Shown here: positions 56,825 through 64,000 of the stretch, piece after piece | Layout of the letters: each line of letters begins with the position of its first letter | Numbering within the stretch: position 1 is the first letter of the stretch | Assembly: GCF_006345805.1 (NCBI RefSeq) | Contig: NC_043003.1 | Location: forward strand, 20,212,001-20,276,000 | Direction of reading: 5' to 3' | From: Octopus sinensis | Taxonomy: Eukaryota | DNA length: 64,000 bases | Notes under the pieces: generated by a model | What the model was told of the DNA's origin: nothing | The model's database searches: none | What the model saw: only the letters and a program-made list of their open reading frames with translations | Program-made: the position numbers and the translations under genes

Positions 56825-57031
56825 TTTATATATAGAGGGCATTATACATACATGCCAGGAGGCATTATACATACATGCCAACGCTAAGAGGGACAATCAG
56901 TCATTTCTACCAAAAATATTATAATGGGATTAGTAATATTTTTGGTAGAAATGACTGATTGTCCCTCTTAGCGTTTGGCATGTATGTATAATGCCTCCTG
57001 GCATGTATGTATAATGCCCTCTATATATAAA
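56825..57031. mobile_element. Near-perfect fold-back element, TATA|GAGGG...CCCTC|TATA
   Basis: ~95-bp arms with one indel; each arm holds two copies of GGCATTATACATACATGCCA. Confidence 0.8.
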
Positions 57032-57054
57032 ATATATATATATATATATTATAC

Positions 57055-57275
57055 TCTTTACTATTTTACTCTTTTACTTGTTACAGTCATTTGACTGTGG
57101 CCATGCTGGAGACCCGCCTTTAGTCGAGCAAATCGACCCCAGGACTTATTCTTTGTAAGCCTAGTACTTATTCTATCGGTCTCTATTGCCGAACCGCAAA
57201 GTTACGGGGACGTAAACACACCAACATCGGTTGTCAAGCGATGTTGGGGGGACAAACACAGACGAACAAACATAT

Positions 57276-57310
<35 letters not shown>

Positions 57311-57472
57311 AATATATACATATATACGACGGGCTTCTTTCAGTTTCCGTCGTATATATGTATATAACCAAATCCACTCACAAGGCTTTGTTCGGCCCGA
57401 GGCTATAGCAGAAGACACTTGCCCAAGGTGCCACGCAGTGGGACTGAACCCGGAACCATGTGGTTCGGAACC
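57055..57472 (-). mobile_element. SINE family A
   Basis: Reverse-complement match, with a short internal duplication. Confidence 0.82.
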
Positions 57473-57483
57473 ATGATATATAT

Positions 57484-57524
<41 letters not shown>

Positions 57525-57581
57525 AGATACGAAGGAGTACCCAAAAGTAATCGGAAACGTTACACACACACACACACACTA

Positions 57582-57796
57582 AATTCTAAATTACATTAAA
57601 GGGTACACGAAACACCAGCTTGCTATAACGTGGAAGTAGAAATCTTCCAAGTTAACCAGCAATCTCATTGAAAATTTGCCCGATTTCTTTTGGACCGTTA
57701 CATATTTTCAGTAAGACTGGTGGTTAAGCTGGGAGTTTTTAATTCCACGTTATAGCAAGCTGGTGCTTCGTCTATCCTTTAATATAATTTAGAATT
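57582..57796. mobile_element. MITE with ~54-bp imperfect TIRs
   Basis: AATTCTAAATTACATTAAAGGGTACACGAAACACCAGCTTGCTATAACGTGGAA matches the reverse complement of 57743-57796. Confidence 0.72.
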
Positions 57797-57939
57797 AAAA
57801 TGTATACCCGCTTAATGCTAATATCGCTTGTTACCACTAATGTTATTGTTATTGCTATTATCAATTATTTAGATTTGCCTCTGATAATAATAATAATGAA
57901 TCTTTACGAGTATTCATTTTGAATATTTTCTCATTTATA

Positions 57940-57970
<31 letters not shown>

Positions 57971-58020
57971 CATATATTTATATATATGTGTATTTATATA
58001 TACATATATTTATATATTAT

Positions 58021-58398
58021 ACTAGCGTATCGCCCGGCGTTGCTCCGGTTTGTAAGGAAATAACTATAAAGCATTTTTAGAGAGTTATAGCCAAAAATAG
58101 CAAAAAAATGGAAAAAAAATGATGGTAAATTTTTTTGAGAGTTAAAAAAAGGTGGAGTTGCGTCCCCTAGACGGTCTGTGGTTTGGGTTTCTGATTCTCG
58201 ACCCCATGTCGAATTTATCGATTTTTTTCAGAACTGGGGGAACTTTTCAAAATTTTCGCTGCGTTAGTCTTGAATTATGACATTGGGCTATGTGTGTGTC
58301 AAGTTTCATCAGAATCGGTTGAAAGCCGTGGTCAGGGTGAGGGTACAAGCAAACAGACACACAGAAACACACACAGACAAACTGCCGTTTATATATAG

Positions 58399-58400
<2 letters not shown>
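58021..58400 (+). mobile_element. Helentron/Helitron-associated non-autonomous element (HINE/DINE-like)
   Basis: 5' ACTAGC..CGCCCGGCGTTGCTCCGG; 3' AAGTTTCATCAGAATCGGTTGAAAG...CAGAC...TTTATATATAGAT; inserted in a TA-rich site. Confidence 0.7.
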
Positions 58401-58419
<19 letters not shown>

Positions 58420-58436
<17 letters not shown>

Positions 58437-58655
58437 TCGTGTGTCTTTGTGTTTGTGTTTGTCCCCCCTACCAGCGCTTGACAACCGGTGCTGGTGTGTT
58501 TATGTCGCTGTAACTTAGTAGTTCGGCAAACGATACAGATAGAATAATTACCAGGCTTAAAAATGGAATATGTACTGGTGTCAGTTCATTCGGGTAAAAA
58601 GTTCCTCAATTCGGTGCCCCAGCCTGGCCGCTTCTAATGACTGAAACAGAAGATA
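58420..58655 (+). mobile_element. SINE family A, 3' half
   Basis: CGCTTGACAACCGGTGCTGGTGTGTTT...AATGACTGAAACAG. Confidence 0.72.
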
Positions 58656-59524
58656 AAAGATAAATTATACCATTATACCACCCTCACTCAAAGAACTTCT
58701 CCCAAGCCTCACATTACTCGGTCAATATCTCACATTTTTCACTCGTTCTTTCATGTGGACACTCCATATATCCTTTGTAGTACACACATACACAACTCAA
58801 TAACCCGGATGTTTTTCGCCTTTGTTATGTCTGACTACATTATAAATAGCTGGCTTTGATTTGTTATTGTAATATGATACGTTCTAGTCATTAACACCAT
58901 TAAGAAGTCTGAACCATCTCTTTCATTTGTTTACGGTTTTGTGATGTTTTTGTGCGCCTTCTTCTGGAAATTTATATCGGCGCATCTTGGAGTTGATTGA
59001 TGACAATGCTTTAGTATTTTAGTGGACTGGTAAAAATGTTTGGCTGTTGGGAATATTCTGTACATGTTTAGCATTTATTCACGCCCACAATTAGCGCAAT
59101 AATCACATAACAACAGAGAAGACAGACACAACAAAATAATTTGAAGAATTAAAGAAAGAATTTAAATCGAAAGAAATGGGTGATATGAACACATAATATG
59201 AACATAACACGAGCACTGACATCGGGAAAGGGAGATCGTAAAACGATTAAATAAGCCGGGTGGCTACAAAAAGGTTTCAAAACTGACTGCTGGAAGATGA
59301 AACTCATGCCTGACAATCGCGTTTCAAGATCAGTGTCTAAAAACTAAATATTGGTTTTAAATTGTGACAAAGGGCCAGTAGGTTTGGGAAGAAGGATAAG
59401 TCTACAAGGCTGACCCAGTGTTCGACTGGTACTTATTTTATCGACCCCGAATTATGAAAGGCAAAGTCAATCCCGGCGCTGGGATCAATGTAATCGACCT
59501 AACCACTTCCCAAAAATTACTGGC

Positions 59525-59690
59525 TTTGAGCCAAAATTTGAAACCAATATTAATCGAGATAAGGTGGCTAACTGGCGTAATCGTTAGCAGTCTGGGGAAA
59601 ATGCAAAAGGACATTTCTCCCAGATTGCTGACGATTACGCCAGCTAACCGCCTTACCTGGTTAAATATTGGTTTCAAATTTTGGCTCAAA
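59525..59690. repeat. Fold-back made of inverted SINE B tail-head junctions
   Basis: 27-bp perfect outer arms; 44-bp inner arms with 7 transitions; 8-nt loop. Confidence 0.88.
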
Positions 59691-59995
59691 AAGGACGGAA
59701 GACAGATTCGGCAGAATTTTAAGATTAAAATTCTGCCGAAGTCGACTTTGTCTTCCATCCTTTAGGGTCCATAAAATAAGTACCAGTCGAACACTAGGGT
59801 TATTGTAATCGACTTAACCCTTTCCAGAAATTGCTGGCCTTGTGCCAATATTTGAAATCAATATTAAACCAGGTAAGGCGGTAAGCTGGCAGAATCGTTA
59901 GGACAAAACGCTCGGCAGCATTTCGTCCGTCTTTGCGTTCTGAGTTGAAATTCTATCGTGGGCGACTTTGCCTTTTAACCTTTCGGCATCAATAA

Positions 59996-60967
59996 AATAA
60001 ATACCTATTTCTTTATTACCTACAAGGGGCTAAACGCAGAGAGGACAAACAAGGACAGACAAACGGATTAAGTCGATTACATCGACCCAGTTCGTAACTG
60101 GTACTTAATTTATCGACTTCGAAAGGATGAAAGGCAAAGTCGACATCGGCGGAATTTGAACTCAGAACGTAACGACAGACAATATACCTATTTCTTACTA
60201 CCCACAAGGGGCTAAACACAGAAGGGACAAATAAGAACAGGCAAACGGATTAAGTCGATTAAATCCACCCCAGTGCGTAACTGGTACTTAATTTATCGAC
60301 CCCGAAAGGATGAAAAACAAAGTGGACCTCGGCGGAATTTGAACTCAGAACGTAGCGGCAGACGAAATACCTATTTCTTTATTACCCACAAGGGGCTAAA
60401 CACAGAGGGGACAAACAAGGACAGCCATAGGTATTAAGTCGATTACATCGACCCAGTTCGTAACTGGTACTTAATTTATCGACTTCGAAAGGATGAAAGG
60501 CAAAGTCGACATCGGCGGAATTTGAACTCAGAACGTAACGACAGACAATATACCTATTTCTTACTACGCACAAGGGGCTAAACACAGAAGGGACAAACAA
60601 GAACAGGCAAACGGATTAAGTCGATTAAATCCACCCCAGTGCGTAACTGGTACTTAATTTATCGACCCCGAAAGGATGAAAAACAAAGTGGACCTCGGCG
60701 GAATTTGAACTCAGAACGTAGCGGCAGCCGAAATACCTATTTCTTTATTACCCACAAGGGGCTAAACACAGAGGGGACAAACAAGGACAGCCATAGGTAT
60801 TAAGTCGATTACATCGACCCCAGTGCGTAACTGGTACTTATTTGATCGACCCCGAAAGGATGAAAAGCAAAGTGGACCTCGGCGGAATTTGAACTCAGAA
60901 CGTAGAAGCAGGCGAAATACCGCTAAGCATTTCGCCCGGCGTGCTAACGCTTCTGCCAGCTCGCCGT
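59996..60967 (-). repeat. Tandem array of five ~183-bp family B SINE units with one terminal head and 366-bp higher-order periodicity
   Basis: Diagnostic variants recur at 60085/60451, 60261/60627 and 60421/60787. Confidence 0.9.
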
Positions 60968-61651
60968 CAATAAAATAAATACCACTTAAGCACTGGAGTC
61001 GATGTAATCAACTTACCTCTTCTACGAAATTGCTCGCCTACAACTCAAATTTAAAAATAATATTTAAACCAATGAGAAAATCTCTCATTTATAATAAGAG
61101 GATTTTCTTCTACGTTTCTTTCTCTCGTTTTGTATTTTCCCTTCGGTTTCTCTGCAACTCATCAGCTAACACCATTTGTAAATTTGATAATGATGTGCTT
61201 ACTAATTATACTTTTCTAATTGGTTTCTGCCACTTATAGAATCAGACAAAAGCAGATAAACTCACCTCTCTCTTCCCGGTCACTTCTAAAAACAAGTTCC
61301 ACGACATAAAAGTGCAATAACTAAATCCTAATGTGGGGGGGGGGGCGGAAACTAATAACAATCGTTTGCAAATTTACTAAGCGTCGAAAATACGTGACGC
61401 GCTGCTGAGCAAAAATTTTATAATAATAGTATTGAAAATATTGAAGGTGGTGGTGGTGGTGGTGATGATGATGATGATGATGATGATGGGAGGGGCTTGT
61501 GGTGGTGGTGGTGGGGGATGAAAATAATTATGGTGATGATGATAGGGATGGTGATGACGATGATAGTGATGATGATAATGATGGTGGTAGTGGTGGTGAT
61601 GATGATGATAAAGAAGATAAGGAGGATTAGGAGGAAGAGGAGAAATTAGAA

Positions 61652-61686
<35 letters not shown>

Positions 61687-61850
61687 AGAAGAAGAAGAAG
61701 AAGAAGAAGAAGAAGAAGAAGAAACTGCCATCGGTTTTATGTTTCTCCTGCTACGAATTTTATGCTTATTCGGTTACTAACCGACATCTTGGTCAAACTT
61801 GCCATTCCTGACAGTAAAAATACATTTATAGTCTCAAAAGGATAAATGAA

Positions 61851-61889
<39 letters not shown>

Positions 61890-62999
61890 ATGAGCAAAAC
61901 ATCCCTTATTACCATACAGAATGATAAGCGGGAGAGGTCAGCCTTTGAATGTTGTTACAACTGCCGAGAGATGCTTGTCTACAGAATTCGTCCGTAATTC
62001 CATTAATTTTATCTTCCTATCAGAACAGTTGTAACGAATCGTTTGGCAGCTCAGTCGGAAATAATCGAACAGTGTAGGTGATAACAAGTGTTTCTATAGA
62101 ATGAGACCTTCTTCGACTGACGGCTGCCCGTGTCGTAATAACACGTAGTAAAGGTATGAACGTCATTAAATCTATTTTCTCGTCATTTTTGTACCCGTGC
62201 CGTAGCTAGAGTGTGTGATGCTCGTATCACACCTTCAGCTTGCACTTCCCTCTCCGCTGCTTCCTACACGGGCTTATACGGCAGAGCCAGAAGTGCCGCC
62301 CAGACAAAAGTGTCACTTCCCCTCTAGCCACGCGACTGTGTTGAAGTCAATAGCGTCCGAGAGCTAAGGGGGTCGTAATGCGATCGTTTGATTTGCTTGA
62401 TATACCGTTCAAATCACCCTCAAAGGATATTCTGTCAGAAGATGATTCTTGATGCATTTTATTTAGGGGAGAAAAAAAAGAGAATAGTGTATTGATAGAA
62501 AGCCTTTAACCTTTAGTCTGCTCAAACAGGGCTGACTTGGGTTAAAGGGCAACAAATATGAACGAGAACAAGATTAATTCCACAACACGAAATATCTTAT
62601 TAGCTACTCTTTCTTTAATGAAACACGACGTGTCATGCAGTCGACGCCTATCTTAAAATTATGTCATGATAGGTAGATGAAATTTAAACATCCTTATGGA
62701 TATTTAAATAAATATTCACATACGCTGGTCTTTTGAGGTTTGTTTTTTAATCGCAACATAAACATGGCATCTAAAAAGAGGAAATACGCGGATTTGATGA
62801 ATACTAAAATTAAGTGGATCAGATACCAAATTTACTTTGCATTTTCATCGTAGCAAATTCCAACTAAATCCTAGGCTGACGTTAAGTGTTGTTCAGCGGC
62901 ATATTAGAAAAGGCCGTCGGTTTCTTCCCCAACCAATGACTGCGCCTTCTGCACTGTAACATGGCCCTTCATTACGCGTTACTCCAGTGCTTTCAGGTG

Positions 63000-63582
63000 C
63001 AAATTGTTTCAAATTTTTGGCACAAGGCCAGCAAATTTTGAGTCGTTTATATTGACCGCAGTATTTGACTGGTATTTTATTTCATCGACTCTGAAATGAT
63101 GACAGGAAAAGTTAATCTCAACATGATTTGGACTCAGAAAGTAAAAAGTCGGGAGAAATATCACTAAGTATTTTGTTCGACGTTCAAACGATTCTTATTT
63201 CTTTATTGCCCACAAAGGGCTAAACGTAGAGGGACAAACGAGGACAGACAAAGATATTCAATCGATTACTTCGACCCCAGTGCGTAACTGGTACTTAAAT
63301 TATCGACCCCGAAAGGATGAAAGGCAAAGTCGACCTCAGCGGAATTTGAACTCAGAACGTAGCGGCAGACGAAATACCTATTTCTTTACAACCCACAAGG
63401 GGCTAAACACAGAGAGGATAAACAAGGACAGACAAACGGATTAAGTCGATTACATCGACCCCAGTGCGTGACTGGTACTTATTTAATCGACCCTGAAAGG
63501 ATGAAAGGCAAAGTCGACCTCGGCAGAGTTTGAACTCAGAACGTAACGCCTGGCGTGCTAACGATTCTGCCAGCTCACCACC
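63000..63582 (-). repeat. Family B SINE chain (head, two young units and one old unit)
   Basis: Junction CAGACGAAATACCTATTTCTTT at ~63365, as in the 60 kb array. Confidence 0.82.
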
Positions 63583-64000
63583 TTTTCACGCATAAATGAA
63601 TACCAATTGGCTGCCTTTGCAGCACTCTTTTTTTACCGTCGTCATACTTATTATGGACGTGCCCCTACGTTCAACTGGGAGAGTGTCTATGTTTGTGTCT
63701 CTTATTATGAAGCCACGTAAAACAATTAGCAAAGACTTGGTACGTGTTAGCAATGACTTAGATAGTATGAAGAACGAGGACGCAATCCACCTCGGGCGTC
63801 ACTTTTATGTGGCGGCACTTTTGAGTCTGCTTCATAAATGTGTATAGGTTGTAATGATCCAGACGTGAGGGCTGCAGCAAACACAAAGGCTCTCCCGGGT
63901 AGAAGAAACTCTAGCTACGTCACAACATGTTAGCAAGTCAAATTTACTTGTGAGTCATGACTGGCTGTACAAAGACGGTTAAGGCGAGCTAACGAGGGAT

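Noticed and set aside
59418-59765. Overlapping antiparallel ORFs of 115 and 106 aa
   Set aside because: They are a by-product of the inverted SINE repeat.
59996-60967. Regularly spaced repeats resembling a CRISPR array
   Set aside because: The units are contiguous ~183-bp SINE bodies with no unique spacers, in a eukaryotic context with no cas genes.

Overview
AT-rich, microsatellite-saturated eukaryotic DNA with no confidently supported host gene; it reads as intronic or intergenic. The repeat families look like those of an octopus or other cephalopod (inference, not verified). Almost all ORFs in the track are microsatellite read-throughs. The real coding remnants all belong to transposons: (1) a ~6.2 kb near-full-length Tx1/L1-type non-LTR retrotransposon (28.75-34.99 kb, +) with a CCHC ORF1 and a frameshifted APE-RT-zinc finger ORF2; (2) several 5'-truncated R4/Dong-type (RLE) retrotransposon copies sitting in (TAA)n tracts; (3) mariner and maT/Tc1 relics; (4) a Penelope-type GIY-YIG relic. 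There are also dozens of tRNA-headed SINEs of at least 4 families, MITEs and fold-back elements, Helentron-like HINEs and two degenerate minimal hammerhead motifs. The best lead is evidence that the Tx1 family targets (TATC)n/(GATA)n microsatellites, since two independent insertions each have (TATC)n on both sides. A parallel (TAA)n-targeted system includes a non-coding ~560 bp passenger element. No rRNA, intact tRNA gene or CRISPR array was found. All coordinates were read by eye and may be off by a few bases.
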